This document shows positions 1-13,772 of a DNA stretch of 64,000 bases, piece by piece (positions within the stretch are counted from its first letter, which is position 1; the number at the start of each line of letters is the position of its first letter). The translations under genes were made by a program, and so were the position numbers. The notes under the pieces are model-generated. The model was given only the letters and a program-made list of their open reading frames with translations. It was not told the DNA's origin and did not search any database. Source of the stretch: Hormiphora californensis (lineage: Eukaryota > Animalia > Ctenophora); assembly GCA_020137815.1 (NCBI GenBank), contig CM035351.1:6634001-6698000 (forward strand), read 5' to 3'.

Positions 1-345
1 ATAATGTTACTGATATTAGCTATTGATTACTATTTGTGGTCAGTGCCCGCTATTCTAAGAGGATAATCTTTCAGCTTATGTTTGTGGACAAATTAAAAAC
101 ACAAATATTATATCATTGTCAGCTTTCAACAAATTAGATAAAATTAAACTGTAAAATCAAGAAGCGTTTGTTGTGTTGATTATATTTATTAAACTTGAAT
201 GACAATTCAGCATTTCGTGTCACAAAAAAAAGCATATTAGAACCAGGGACCAGGGTGATGAAAGGGAAATTTAGTGATATGGAGTGAATTAAAAATGCTG
301 TTCACAATTTGTAATGTTAATCACAATCCGGCCTCATAGTTCATT

Positions 346-3300
346 TTAAACACTGGTTAAACTCTCAGATTGTGGAGTGTCCGTACACACGTTAACCAGC
401 CGATGGGGAATATCTGGCTCCGATTTGTAGCGAGGTGGGGGAGATGAAGTTGCAATCTCCGAGTAGGCAGGGGGTAATCGCTGTATCTCTTCATGGTTTA
501 GTCCGCGGTGTTTTTTGTGGCAGTGGCGGAAAATGGTGAAGATGAGAAGGACAGAGATAACTGAAACACACCCGGAGATCGATGTTGCAATAATGATAAC
601 AGTGGTTAGGTTGCTACACGTCTCTGGAGAATCTGATGGGGGGGGGGTTGTCATGTTTAACTGCATCCTTTGAGAGAATGTCACGAGATGCCCTTTTACT
701 TTGAGAAAGGGAGAAACATTAAGAAAGTGAGAGATGGAGAGAGGGCCAATAATTATGAATAGTGGAGAATTCGAGTGGCGAGAGTAGGCCCTAAACGATT
801 AGTTCTAAGAGGGATTAGAAAGTTCAACTTCGCGTGTTTTCTATGCTACTGAAATTATACGAATATTACAGGAGCCAAGATTATCCTGATAAGGAGGTAT
901 GAAAATATCCTCGTGATCAGGGGTAACTCGAGAAGATAATGGAGGATTAGAGGGGTGCAAAAGTTATTAATCGAGCCTGAATTACTACGACCATTATCAA
1001 AAAGTCGAAAAGTCTGTGTGTCTTAATTTTGAATATCAACTGACCTAGGCACGTAGTTGAGTTGCAGATATTACAGTTGGTTTCATCTAGTCCGTTAGGG
1101 CAGTCACTAAACCCATCGCACACTAGAGAACACGATAAACATCCAGATCCGCACTTGAACTGTTCAGCTCCACATGTATACGCTGTAGAAAGACATGTGT
1201 GTGTGTGTGTGTCAACACAATTCAAGATTCCTGGCTAACTAACAAGTTACAGAACTACAATTTAGACTTTGCTGTAACTATAATTTAGACTCGGGTGTGT
1301 AATTCCTGACTTACAGCAGTTTTGTTCATCAGACTTGTCAGTACAGTCGGCAACTCCGTCACATAACCAGGAATCAGGGATGCACCTTTTATCGCAGGTG
1401 GAGTAGCCAGAGGAGCAGTTACCTGAATTTGGAGCGTGAGTAGTTGCTATATTGTGCAGTGTACTACAAGGTACAAGCCGAATATATATTGGGTGCGATA
1501 CCTATATTATGTATACTAGTAAGCCCGCTCGCCCTACGGGCGAATGTCGGGGATGGTCATACAGTAAACTAAGTAAATAGTGTAGTATCATTTGAAATTT
1601 TTTAAATCAGTAAGTTTATCAGGTAAATTAACCACAGGGATTCTTTCGACAGAAAAACCACGGGTCCTCTTTTGCCAGGTCCTGAAGTATTTTATGAAGG
1701 AGCACATTTGTAAAATACTTTCACTTTGCATCCTCAAATCAGTACTCATTCAAATTCGAGGCTACCGAGGGTCTCTACCATTCTATCCTGATCTAATAGA
1801 TATGAATCTAGTACCTTTATTCCTTTTATAAATCACGTTATTAGTATAACCTATTTCTATATATTTTGCGAGATGTTGTATAACATGACATTATAAATTT
1901 GTTCTATCTTTTCCCTGAAAAAAATACTTTCACGTATTACTTTCATTTCTTATTAGTGCCATTGATACTTTGTTATTACGTGTGTTGACAACAATTTTGA
2001 ATAATAATCACCTCTTTTGTAGGATTCTATCACGTAGTCTATAGGCGTCAGCGCCAGTTTGGGACATAGGGCTCCTTCAAACTCGCTGGCGATTGTGTTG
2101 AAGTTGAGTAGTCATGTTCACGAAACGTGGTGAACAGATCAAATCGAGGAAACGATCAATCACACAACCGGCAGAGAGATGAATCAAGGATGCACGTGCA
2201 GTTTAAGGCTCAAGCTGGCAGGTTGCCAGGGTCCCTCTAGGGACAACACGTGCAAAAGGCCATTTCCAGGAATTGTGTGCCATATTTGGTTAAAAAAACG
2301 GGACACAGGATTTCCCTATTTGCTTTAATAATAGTATGATTGGCTATTGAAAATATATTACAATGATATTGTAATAAAAGAAATACATCCCTTGACTCAA
2401 GGCTTGAGAGGTCAAAATTATGCGATTAGTAAAAATAACCTCACCGTCACCTCTTTTTAGCACACCTCTCACCTGCACAGTTCTCCTCATCGCTACCATC
2501 GCTGCAATCAGAAACACCATCACACAGCTTGTGGTGCTCTATACAGTGCCCCTCTAATCCACAGGGCAGCAATCCTGGTGCACAAATGTGTCCCACGGCC
2601 TTATCTGAGGAGGGCGTTGCCATGGTTACTAGGTTTTTAGAAACCTCTTTGCTTAGTTTATTATCATCACTAATTATATGATCATCACTAACACGGTCGC
2701 TTGTAGTGGGAAAACGGTAATGGAAAACGAAGATACAGTAAGACGACGCGCAACCGTGACCAATAAGGGCGCTAGTACGTGCTGACACATGAACTTTTTG
2801 CCGCGCGTTATGCACCGTGCGTGTCTCCTTACTGTATTTTGCGTTACCGTATTTTGACTGCAAGCAGCACTGTAATTATGATTAATTATGGGAGGTTATA
2901 AACAAGTAGGTTCCCACTCCCTGAACTTACCACCACACATGAGTTTAGACTCGTCAGTCCAGTCCCCGCAATCATTCACACCATTACACTTCGTCAGGTG
3001 GTCCACACATCGGCCGTTGGAGCACGTGAAATCCGAACAATCTGACGTGTTTCCTGGTGTATTAGAGGGAGATAAATTCTTAGAAATCTGAGCCTGTGCA
3101 ATGCCGCTTGTTTGTAGATAAAACCCTACCGAGAGAGGGTGAGAGAATTATTACTACCAGCGAGGTAAATACACCTACATATGCCCCCTCCAATATTATG
3201 GGCATGTCTTTATGTTTACGTCAGATGCCGTTTGAACCCTGTCCGACACTAATTTGCTGATTGCATCGGGTCACCCCTGTTTTTCTACCCCTCTTCCAGG

Positions 3301-5844
3301 CCGAATTTGCACCGAACACTGATAAGAAAAGCTGAATATATTTCGTGAGCTTAAATTTAGAGACTCTAAGACAATAACATAACACGAATGCAGAGAATAT
3401 GATTCGGCGTATGCCATAAACTTATTTAGCTCCAGCCACTACTAAAATCCATCAGTCATCGCCCAGGCGTGATCTGATAACTGACAATCCATCACAATCC
3501 GGATTGTGATGGATTGTCAGTCGAAATAACCATGGATTAATCCATTGCTATTTCGACGTTTGAGAACTATTTATTGGAAATTTGTAGGTATAATATTCAA
3601 AAGGCAGCCTCCTCCGTGGGAAATGCTCCAGGGACAGGGAAACCCTGGAACTGTGTTAACACACAAACTGATAAGGAGGGACGTGTCAAGTTTCACACAC
3701 ACACACACACATAAGGGGACATGTCCAGGGGTTGTTTTCAATAAACCGCCAGGGGATGTTTTGGAAAAAATCACCGAAAAATTTCAATGAAATTTTAGCT
3801 ATCAACTCTGACTTCTGTAGAACTTTTAATTTCCACCAATCAATATTATACATATCTGCAGTTGTCAAAACCTACTTCATGCCGCTATAGCTAATTCTTG
3901 ACAGAATTGGAGGAAAGGGAAAAGGATAGATAAAGGTTTGTTGAAATAGAGAGACATGAAACAAGGAGAGGATATAGGGAAAACTAAGTGGAGAGAGCTT
4001 TGAGTTATAACGATGTGTAATGACTTAACATGTCGTGGATAAACTTTCCCACGCATCAATATCTTTTCCCTGGCATATCATCATTTTCAGAAAAAGGCAG
4101 TTATGTGGTCCAGATAACTGAAACTTTATGCACTATGTTTATCAGGAAAACCAATTTGTAGACCTCATCTGTGATCTCGGTCCATAGAAAAATCGATTTA
4201 ACAGCCAAGAGATTCTCATATATGACCAGTATAAATTTAATCCAATATATCCCAATTATGGTGATCCTAAACTGATAATCATCCCAATTATGGTCTTCAT
4301 TACCTGAGCCCGTTCCTTCACAGTTGTTCTCATCACTTCCATCTCCACAATCATCATATCCATCACACCTCCAGGTTAGAGCAGAACACTGGCCATTATT
4401 ACAACTCCACTCACTCTCACTACACGCCGCTACCTCCTGGGTGTGGATATGGGGTTAAGGAGTAGGGGGTTTGAGGGGGAGTAAGAGAGGGGGAGTTAGA
4501 ACTGGGGTTAGAGGGGTAGGGGTTAGCGGGATAGGGGAGTAAAAGGAGGAGTAAGAGGGGTTCCCGGTAAATCAGAGCTATTTTGTTGCCTTGCTCGACC
4601 CCCACCACAGGAACGAGTAAAAGGGTGCAAGTTAGAGGGGTAGATGCAGTGCTATTGTGATCTGAGATAGCGAGTCGGAATGAGCAGGAGAGATAGCAGC
4701 TGCATTGTTGACCCAGATTTTAATTGTAAAGGAGGTCTGTTTTTTGAGGGTGCGGCCCCATTTTTGTTCTGCAGAAATTGAAAATATTAAAGCTGCTGAG
4801 TGAATTGACTGAATTTTGTTGAGTCGCCTGACACTGTGTCTGTGCTCTGCACGGATTTTTAGAATAAAAAGAAAGTATGAACAATTCAAGAATTTTGTTA
4901 ATACAGTCGGACCCCGATTTAACGGCCCCCGATTTAATGGCACCCCGATTTAACGGCAGGATAATCTTCCCCCGATATAGGAAATTAACATTATTTGACC
5001 CCGATTTAGCGGACACCCCGATTTAACGGACAAACCCCCGAGGGTGCCGTTAAATCGGGGTCCGACTGTACCACAGTGTGGTGAGGGGGGAAACCTTTTT
5101 ACAAAAGATTTGTCGCGTGCTGGGGTACTATATACACGCTCTCTCTTTCTTTCCAACGCAGCTCGAGGGGGAAACTAGAACATTAGAAAGTTAAGCATTT
5201 CCGGGGACTTTCTAGCCGTAGTAGTAGTCCTCTTAGAGGATGGAAAAGAGAGGGAGGGAGGGAGAGAGAGAGTGAAGAGAGAGAATGGGCTTTGTGCGTG
5301 AGTGTAAATGAAAAAACACACACACTCTCTCTCGGCGTAAGAAGACCTAATCGTTCTAGTAGTAGCATAAACAGAAGACTTTACTTATTAACTATGGCAT
5401 ATTTTATAAACGATCAAGGCCATTAATTCGGAATTCTTAATAACCCGGCTGCATTGGTCCGTACTCCGTAGCTTAAATAATGAGAGAGAGAGCGCGTCTA
5501 ATGGCCCAATGTGGCACATGATTCGTTTCAAAGTACTATACCCATGATACAAAACAAGTGGTGAGAGCTGCATGCAACCAATAGAGCTGGTCACCATGTG
5601 TGCAATGCATTTATACATGGGAGGATAGATAAAGGGAGAGATGTGAATATTGGGCATTCATGACATCCTGATATTATTTGCCACCCAACTTGGCACATCT
5701 TACAACAAGACGTAGGTTCGATAAGATCCAAGCAAACAAAAGAAAAAGACCGGGTAAATGATTGTCTCACAAAAGACTGTACTCTCCGAACCGGGCCGAT
5801 ATTACAGCTTCAGTGCCTGATCAGGTTTTTCGAAAAGTAAATTT

Positions 5845-5875
<31 letters not shown>

Positions 5876-7713
5876 GGTTGGAGAGGTGATAAACTGACAC
5901 TCATTCTCATCCGTCTTGTCATAGCAATCATAATTAGTATCACAGTGCTCTGTGAACTTGTAGCACTGTCCACTCGCACAAGTGAGCTCTGGGCAGCTGT
6001 TACACCCTGAGAATATCTCCTCTCCATTCAGTGAAAACAGGTACTTCCCTCGACTCTCCTAGGGGTGGGTGGTTGAGTGGGTTACAATAAAATCCTGGGT
6101 GGGTGGGGTTAACATTAATTAAGATTTGTAAAGTTGGTTGACTTCAAGAAGATACTTGATCTTGCAATCTTGATAAAGACTTGAGCTATGCGCCTTCTTC
6201 TTCCATTAGGATAGATCAAAGATAAGTTGTCATGTTTAGAACCTCCACAATCAAATCCTATATATCACTCCCTTGTCAAGCAAGTAATAATTATCAAGTT
6301 ACCACGTACCGAAGGGTAGAAACAGTTTATTTCAATTTCTATGTTCTGACGAAGAAAGAAATCTGAGTATTCGTACCATGTTGACATTGCACACGATGTA
6401 CAATCAACATTATTCATTTTCCTGAAATGATAAAACCATATTTTCATCAATACTGTGCATAAATCATTTATTGCACAATACCCTAAACGAGTGCATTAAT
6501 TTTCACTTTATCACTCTCTCTCGCTCTCTTTCTCTCTCTCCGGCCCTCCCTCTCTCCCTATCAAAGTTTTTATGTTTTCCGATCTCTTTTTTCATTTTCA
6601 TTGTCCTCTAAACATGGATGCATGCAGAGAGTTTCTCTCTCCCCATTTATGTGTGCAGTAGCAACAAATGTCAAATAGTTTCGACATGTTCCTGTCAAGT
6701 ATTTCACCTACACAGTCTTCAAAGTTTCAATGTGTTCCACTGACTCGTAGGGGAGGCCGGGAAGTGCAATGTTGTTTCTCAGGTCCCTGCAATAAGAAAT
6801 GGGCTTACTGGTTCAATGTTTATGTGTGTGTGGGTTTGTGCAACTAGGGTTTACAGTGAAATCTCCCATGACAGGGCGGACACACACATACAACTATGTG
6901 ATTGAGTAAGTACAGTTACAGGTCGTTTCCTGCTCTTCAATAATACAGACCAGGCATGAGGGAGATCAAGAGGTGAGAATGAGGGATTGCATATAACACT
7001 GCAATGACCGGTACTCCAATATCGCCATGTGACACACATGTGGGAGCTGCATGGGTTTGTTCACGTGCAGTTACCGGAAGGGAAGGGGACAATCTCAGGT
7101 TACTTACAAGTTGATAAGGTGGCTATTGTAGGAGAAAACTCCATCAGGGAGAGTACTGATAACGTTGTTTGAGAGATTTCTAGAGGGGGATAGAGCTGGG
7201 TTAGGGGCGGAAAGAATGCAGCTCGGATAAGAGACAAATCGGAAAATACAAATTAAACTCACAGTGTTTGAAGTAAGTAGTTTTGTGAAAACGCATTCTT
7301 ATCTACCGTTTTAATACGGTTCTGGTCAATATACCTGAAGAATAACTGTATGTAATAATCTGGATTGACCTTAAAGACTGTCATAAAAAGTATGTTGCTA
7401 ACTTACAAATGTGTTAAGTTATGAAACCGGGAAAAGGTGTCCCTTGTCAATGTTGACAATCTGTTTTTCGATAGGATTCTGAAAAGATAACCGTTAGTTG
7501 GGATAGCCAGCTATTATAACAGTGAGTAATTCATTAGTAAAAAGACTGTCTCAGCGACACTCACAGTGTTTTGGTGTTTGATGGGATATCTAAGGGAAGT
7601 GAGTCAACTCCCGCACTAGAGCAGGACACATGGTCCGTTTCGCAGGAACAAACTGTCGGACAACTCCTTACAACTCGGGATATCAATGAAACAACGAACA
7701 GATAATATAACAT
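346..7713 (-). CDS. Multi-exon type I membrane receptor: signal peptide, LRRNT, about 4 LRRs, about 6 LDL-receptor class A repeats, TM, cytoplasmic PPxY motifs
   Basis: Hand-spliced GT-AG exons: 7565-7713 ([33 protein letters not shown]...[12 protein letters not shown]), LRR exons about 7407-7478, 7263-7334, 7108-7179 and 6712-6786, LDLa exons about 5900-6006, 4305-4418, 2932-3060, 2473-2600, 1315-1422 and 1044-1184 (CDGxxDCxDxSDExNC), and last exon 346-623 ([33 protein letters not shown]). Joining the LRR and LDLa halves into one gene is inferred. Confidence 0.7.
1516..2339 (-). mobile_element. Non-autonomous Helitron (intronic)
   Basis: Minus strand begins A|TCATACTATTATTAAAGC and ends with hairpin GCCCG-N9-CGGGC followed by TTACTAG|T: 5' TC, 3' hairpin plus CTAG, inserted between A and T, no TSD. 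Confidence 0.75.
4819..4889 (+). repeat. Short dispersed intronic repeat, copy 1 (others at 12298-12348 minus and 54164-54229 plus)
   Basis: TTGAGTCGCCTGACACTGTGTC...TATGAACAATTCAA recurs three times, in introns of three different genes. Confidence 0.7.
4904..5068. mobile_element. Tc1/mariner-pogo-like MITE, 165 bp
   Basis: TIRs CAGTCGGACCCCGATTTAACGGC / GCCGTTAAATCGGGGTCCGACTG, TA on both sides, internal CCCCGATTTAACGG repeats. Confidence 0.85.
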
Positions 7714-7860
7714 GGCATCATACAGCTGGAAAATTTAGCTGTAAAAAGATTAACATTTAAAATGTTTAGTACGGTTAAGCTCAATAGGAATCCGACTAGA
7801 GACTCTCTCTTGGAGAGCAAATAATGTTAAATTTTCAATAAACATTTCCCTGCTTTACTA

Positions 7861-8114
7861 ATCACACCGAGATCTTCGAAGCAATTTCTTCGAAGAACCG
7901 ATCACAATCACACCGGGTTGGTTGGGTTGGTGCTTGCATGCGTATGACTATGTCTACACTCTACAATTTGTTCGTGTGTCATCCGCGCTCAGCTGTTCTC
8001 TCTAATTTCTAAAGTGTGTCATACGCGTGCAAGCACCAACTCAACCAACCCGGTGTGATTGTGATCCGTGCTTCGAAGAAATTGCTTCGAAGATCTCGGT
8101 GTGATCACGCCCTG
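7861..8114. mobile_element. Foldback MITE of the CAGGGCG(C/T)GATCACACC family, left end truncated
   Basis: Inverted arms of about 90 bp (ATCACACCGAGATCTTCGAAGCAATTTCTTCGAAG... and its reverse complement ending GTGATCACGCCCTG). Termini are shared with 28682-29128. It lies about 150 bp upstream of the LRR-LDLa start codon. Confidence 0.7.
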
Positions 8115-8454
8115 ATTGATCAACATCATTTGACGTTGGCGTATAGTGTATACTAGGCTGTGAACAAAGAAACGCCAAGTCGGATTTCAATTTGTCCACC
8201 CACCCTCGATTTGACACAAATTGTATCTGAGATATCGTCGGTCCTAGTAAGTTGGAAGATAGAGATTTAAAATTTCGAGGTTATGAAGAACTTGAAATGT
8301 TATTTCTAACCCTTAAAAGATTAGTCTCTACCTTATCAGAGGGTGGAGCTACAACCTGCAGGCTGCAATGCAAACAGAGACGGACAGTTTCAAAAAAGTC
8401 AAGAACTTCGAAAATTCAAAAAATTTGAGAATTCAACTTTTTTATTTTTTAAAA

Positions 8455-9230
8455 AGATAATTCGCGCGCCGCGGCACCAAAATGCCGCGTTCAAAAAAAT
8501 ATCTCGCGCGTCACGTCATTCTGTTCTGTTCTGTTCTGTTCTGTTCTGTTCTGTTCTGTTCTGTTCTGTTCTGTTCTGTTCTGTTCTGTTCTGTTCTGTT
8601 CTGTTCTGTTCTGTTCTGTTCTGTTCTGTTCTGTTCTGTTCTGTTCTGTTCTGTTCTGTTCTGTTCTGTTCTGTTCTGTTCTGTTCTGTTCTGTTCTGTT
8701 CTGTTCTGTTCTGTTCTGTTCTGTTCTGTTCTGTTCTGTTCTGTTCTGTTCTGTTCTGTTCTGTTCTGTTCTGTTCTGTTCTGTTCTGTTCTGTTCTGTT
8801 CTGTTCTGTTCTGTTCTGTTCTGTTCTGTTCTGTTCTGTTCAGGTTCTGTTCAGTTTCTGCTCAGGTTCTGTTCAGGTTCTGTTCAGGTTCTGTTCAGTT
8901 TCTGCTCAGGTTCTGTTCAGGTTCTGTTCAGGTTCTGTTCAGGTTCTGTTCAGTTTCTGTTTAGGTTCTGTTCAGGTTCTGTTCAGGTTCTGTTCAGTTT
9001 CTGTTCTGTCCAGGTTCTGTTCAGGTTCTGTTCAGATTCTGTTCAGGTTCTGTTCAGGTTCTGTTCAGGTTCTGTTCATGTTCTGTTCAGGTTCTGTTCA
9101 GGTTCTGTTCAGGTTCTGTTCAGGTTCTGTTCAGATTCTGTTCAGGTTCTGTTCAGGTTCTGTTCAGGTTCTGTTTAGGTTCTGTTCAGGTTCAGCTCAG
9201 GTTCCGTTCAGGTTCTGTTCTGTTCTGTCA
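8455..9230 (+). repeat. Repeat element: GC-rich head plus (CTGTT)n satellite grading into (CAGGTTCTGTT)n
   Basis: Head GATAATTCGCGCGCCGCGGCACCAAAATGCCGCG, pure (CTGTT)n 8521-8840, 11-mer array to about 9215, ending CTGTCA. An inverted homolog lies at 13703-18700. Confidence 0.8.
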
Positions 9231-11108
9231 GATCTAGCTCGGCCTTCAGTCATGCAGTCTCTATCTCTTGCTCCACGTTAGAATTAGATTTGTGGCCTGT
9301 TTAATACACTCTGAGTATGACATGATAGTGGTTACAAATTGTAACTAACTGCTCAGTGGTTACACTTCTTCACCGACTTCTCGCCTTCTCCTACTCCTCC
9401 CTCTTTCTTTGACAATGTGAGGGATTGTGGCAGCCTTCATTGGCTGATTGCGGGGGCGTGTATATCATCACGTGGGAGAAAATCATGCATCTCCTGATCC
9501 CCTCTCCACTCTCTCTCCACTCTCCATGTGTGTTTAAACACAACTAAGTGCACGTTTATTTGCAATAGATCTAGATACACGCTTCGTTTAGGATGCATTA
9601 TATGACCTGTTGAGTTACTACTCTCTAGTTACAATATCTGCAGCAATCAAGTACGTTACCTTGAGTATCAAGGCACTACCTCGTACCCTGTTTTGCTCGA
9701 TCTCTGCTTTGAGAAAGAGAGAAGCAGTCAGAGTGTGTCAATCTCAATCTCATATTGCCCCTCATTACATCAGACTTGAGATTCGCAGTGTATTATAGTA
9801 TTATTGAGGATCATGTAACGGCCCGCCGGTGCACTATTATATTAGTTCCAGCTGCAAACTATCATTTCCACTGCGTTGTCAGCTGGCTGCAGCAGAGCCT
9901 TTTTTGTTGTTGTTTGTGCCTCCCACTTCCAACCCACAGCTGCTTCATGGTCCAGCGTGACCAGATCATCAATCGTAGAAACGTTTCCCAGAATTATCAG
10001 CGTGATACTAGCTGTCCCCCCCCAACCCCACCCCAAGAATCAGAGCGTACCACTCCATGATGGTAATTAGTAACGTATGTTCTATTTCTGTTGCAAGGAT
10101 TAATTTCGGGGGATTAAACCAGTTAGTCTCATCAAAACTGAGCCTACTTTTGCCAACCGGCCGAATGATAAAAAGGGCGTTTTCCTCTTCTTCTAGAACT
10201 TAAAATTCTGGAAGAAGAGGAAAATGATTGCTTCAACTTTTTACTTGAACCAAGTTGGCGATGACCTCTTCCGAACTTTCGGCTTTTGAGAAATGATTTA
10301 TATTATAAATTTTCTTCTACATATTTGAATAACTGACCAAAATTGCGAACACACACGAGGATGCCATTAGAACAGTTGATAGTTATTCTTGTGCTGGTCC
10401 TTTAGAAAATCAAGTAACCCAGACACTGGGGTGCAAAACGCTTAAATATGTGTTTCTCTCTCCCGATGCATACATTATCTTTTAATAATTAGTACACTTA
10501 CTACACTTAGAGTCGCTGAGTGTTGATGTTAAAGTGTTATACCGCTGTTATATAGCTGGTAGAACTTGGGTTGCATGCAATGCATGACAATACAATCAGC
10601 ATCCTAGCTGTATACATTAATGAGCTGTAAAGTTCCGGTAGAGCTAGAGTACGTTGCGGAGAGTTCGAGTGTTACCATGGTAACTAAAGAGTGCGAAACA
10701 TGAACACGGGCTCCTGGGCATGAGTCCCCCTAACTAATGTCTACAGTAATTACATTTAAATGCTAGTTTTGTTCAAGAATAGTTCAAGAATAGTATCATT
10801 CTTAGAATACCGAACAATGATGATTGGTTGCTTTTTCTTTTGCTTTTGCTTAGCTCTTATGTGTATTCTCAAAAGTGGCAAAACTAAAGGAATCCTCTAA
10901 GCTTGAGCTATGTAGAGGGATTGCAAAATAAACAACATCGGTCATTGATTATTCATCTTTTGAAAGATTTTCAAATTTAGGGCTCCCTACCTTTCAGATC
11001 ACTATTCAGTTTTTTGTTCCTTGTTTGCCCTGATAAGAACTTAACCTAGACCTCATTCTGATCTTAGCAGATTGCTGCTGCTATATGGTACTTCGTGGCA
11101 CCTCAAAC

Positions 11109-13064
11109 ATGAACATCGGCAATATGGTGAGTAGTGTACCCTAGTAATTAGACACCTGGAAGGGGTATTATAAGAGGTAGCTTAGGTCCGGAATGATATG
11201 GGATCTCTTTTCTAGTGTACTATCCATGTTGTGACGCGTGTCAGCTCTGAGATCCGACAGACTGGCAACATATTTCAACTTTTTTTTGTACAATTATACA
11301 CTGCAACATGCAACTGATCTTAGTCAATTGTCATGAATCACCCCCCCCCCCCCTTTTCAGTTGTGTGGTCTGAACTGTTCCACGACAGCTGCAAGTGAGG
11401 AGGGTAAGCGGAGAAAGAAGACCCAGCCCCGTCACGAACAATGTGTCAATGTTAGATACGATGGAGCCGGACCTGAGAGATCGTATGTGCCACGACACAA
11501 AATACCCTGGAACACTTCATTCCCCATGTACATCCCAAAACAGGTATCCCGATTGAATTCTAATGTTCGAATGTTTAATGTCAAAAACAAGTCCTTTGTT
11601 GCGATTTTAAAATTTAAAAGCTTCCAATCCAATGATACTATGTTTCAGTATACCCACTATGACGTGCTGCGACAACCAAAGTGGGCCGATCCACCGATGG
11701 ATTCCCACAAAACCAAACAGCCTGAGTACAACTTACTAGATGGGCCAATTGATAGAACCTCATTCGAGGGACACTATGAACTAGAAGAAGGGGTACCAAG
11801 AAACCCAAGGGGTCGGACCGGCATGATAGGTAATATTTTGATTCAATTTGGCTGAACTTGTAGGTACTGCTGCTAAATATGTTTTAGAAGATGTGAATAA
11901 CTTATCTTATCCTCCCTTATAGGAAGGGGAATTCTGGGGCGATGGGGACCCAACCACACTGCCACTCCAATAATAACCAGGTGGGCCCGGGATGAGGAGG
12001 GAATAGCGCAGAGGATTAACGGAAAGGGTGTTCTGGAGGTCCTGGGGGTACAGACTAGTCTGGGTTGGGCTCTACCTTGTGAACTGATAGTCCCTGGCGA
12101 CAGGATAGGTCTTAGTACAAGGAGGGTGCTGTTACGGAATTTGTTAAAGGATATCACGGAACGGTCCGTGGCCAACCAGCGCCTCCTTACTCTGATTCAA
12201 GAGAACTGCTCTGAAACAACTATGTACGAGGTAACAGCTACTCTTTTTCATTGCACCAGCACGATTCCTACTGTAACTGTCTTAGTATAGTTTTTAGTTG
12301 AATTGTTCATACTTTCGGGAGCACAGACACAGTGTCAGGCGACTCAAGTAGGCTTTTTATGAAACAAGAAATCTGCTGATCTGTCGAAAAATTTGTTTGT
12401 GTGCATTCCACAAATCAAGCTGTTAGTTTGATGTGTGTACACACTCTCAGGGCGGTGCATGCACGATGCTCCCACACTGTTCATTCTTCTACAGCTAGAG
12501 CTCCTTTGATCTTCCCACTCTCTAACTACGTTTAACTATCTCACTCTCTATAACTTGATATTCATTCACACTCTCTCTATATCCCGCAACATGCACACAC
12601 GTATGATAACCACATTTCTCAAGAGCTGCTACCACACCGACTCGACCAGTATCTTAACGTGCACCACACCTAGACTGTTCATTGTTTCACCGCCACAAGA
12701 CTTTCTATCGCCCTGTTCGACCCTATCTTGCCGCGCCCCGCACATTTTACAAATGTAAAGAACATAACAAGACTTCTAGAAGAAGTTACCCCACCGTCCT
12801 TATAACCCGCATCTAAATAAATAAAAATTTACAAACTGATCCCATACCTTTCTACAGGGATATGTGGACGATGCTAAGAACACGGATAACGCCTGGCTGG
12901 AAACCATCGCGACCAACTTCCACGACCCCTCCGGTGCTCTCTTTGGACAGTTTCCCTCTGGTGCGGAGTACCGCTGGGTGGCCGCTAACTATGAACTAAA
13001 CTTCTTCTGTCAGCATAAAAACTGGCTCGTCAGAGTAGTGGAATATCACCGGGCTCATTGGTGA
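11109..13064 (+). CDS. NUDT9-like (ADP-ribose pyrophosphatase / TRPM2 NUDT9-H-like) protein with degenerate Nudix box
   Basis: Exons about 11109-11126 (start uncertain), 11361-11543, 11649-11829, 11923-12230, 12858-13064. Motifs [29 protein letters not shown] and GYVDDAKNTDNAWLET..NFHD match NUDT9. Confidence 0.85.
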
Positions 13065-13772
13065 TGATCATATCCCTGATATCTATATCCACAGCAATTA
13101 CATGCAGTGATGTATGAACACTGTTCAGAACAGTTGTGCACATCATGATTCATACAGCCATGATTTTGACCCAGTATTTTTGGGATGTTCAGCTCAATTG
13201 AGCTCAATTGAGATCTCTCACATTGGAATTGTTTGCTCAGAGAGATTCAGTGTTCTTGATGTATTGCAGCCGAAAGAGACAAAAGTAGACGGCGGTAGAG
13301 AAAACGAATTAAAAATTTAAAAACTAGAAGGTTCTAGTAGAAGTTTGCCATCCGGCTATTAGAAATAAAAGAGAGAGACACAGAGAAAGAAAGAGAGACA
13401 CAGAGAAAGAGAAAGGCACAAAAGGAAATTGATCTGCTTTTGCATCTCTTGATCTTGGGTAATGAGAAAAGATGGCATAGGGCAGAACAAATCTTATTAC
13501 TAAAAAAGCTCAGAATCACCTTGTTTTTTGACACTTGACTGCAGATATTTCGTAGCCAAACCATTCCGTGTTTTAATTTGTCAGACAACAGTGGCTGACT
13601 AGTCTAACTATAATCAATGCAAAAAGGACCCAAACGTTGTTGAGCTACTCAGCTCAACAACCCAAATGTGAACTTGATTCATCGACGACTTGTCTGGCGC
13701 TTGACAGAACAGAACAGAACAGAACAGAACAGAACAGAACAGAACAGAACAGAACAGAACAGAACAGAACAG

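Noticed and set aside
8343-9281. 312-aa and 160-aa ORFs of (SVLFC)n
   Set aside because: Stop-free translations of the (CTGTT)n satellite.
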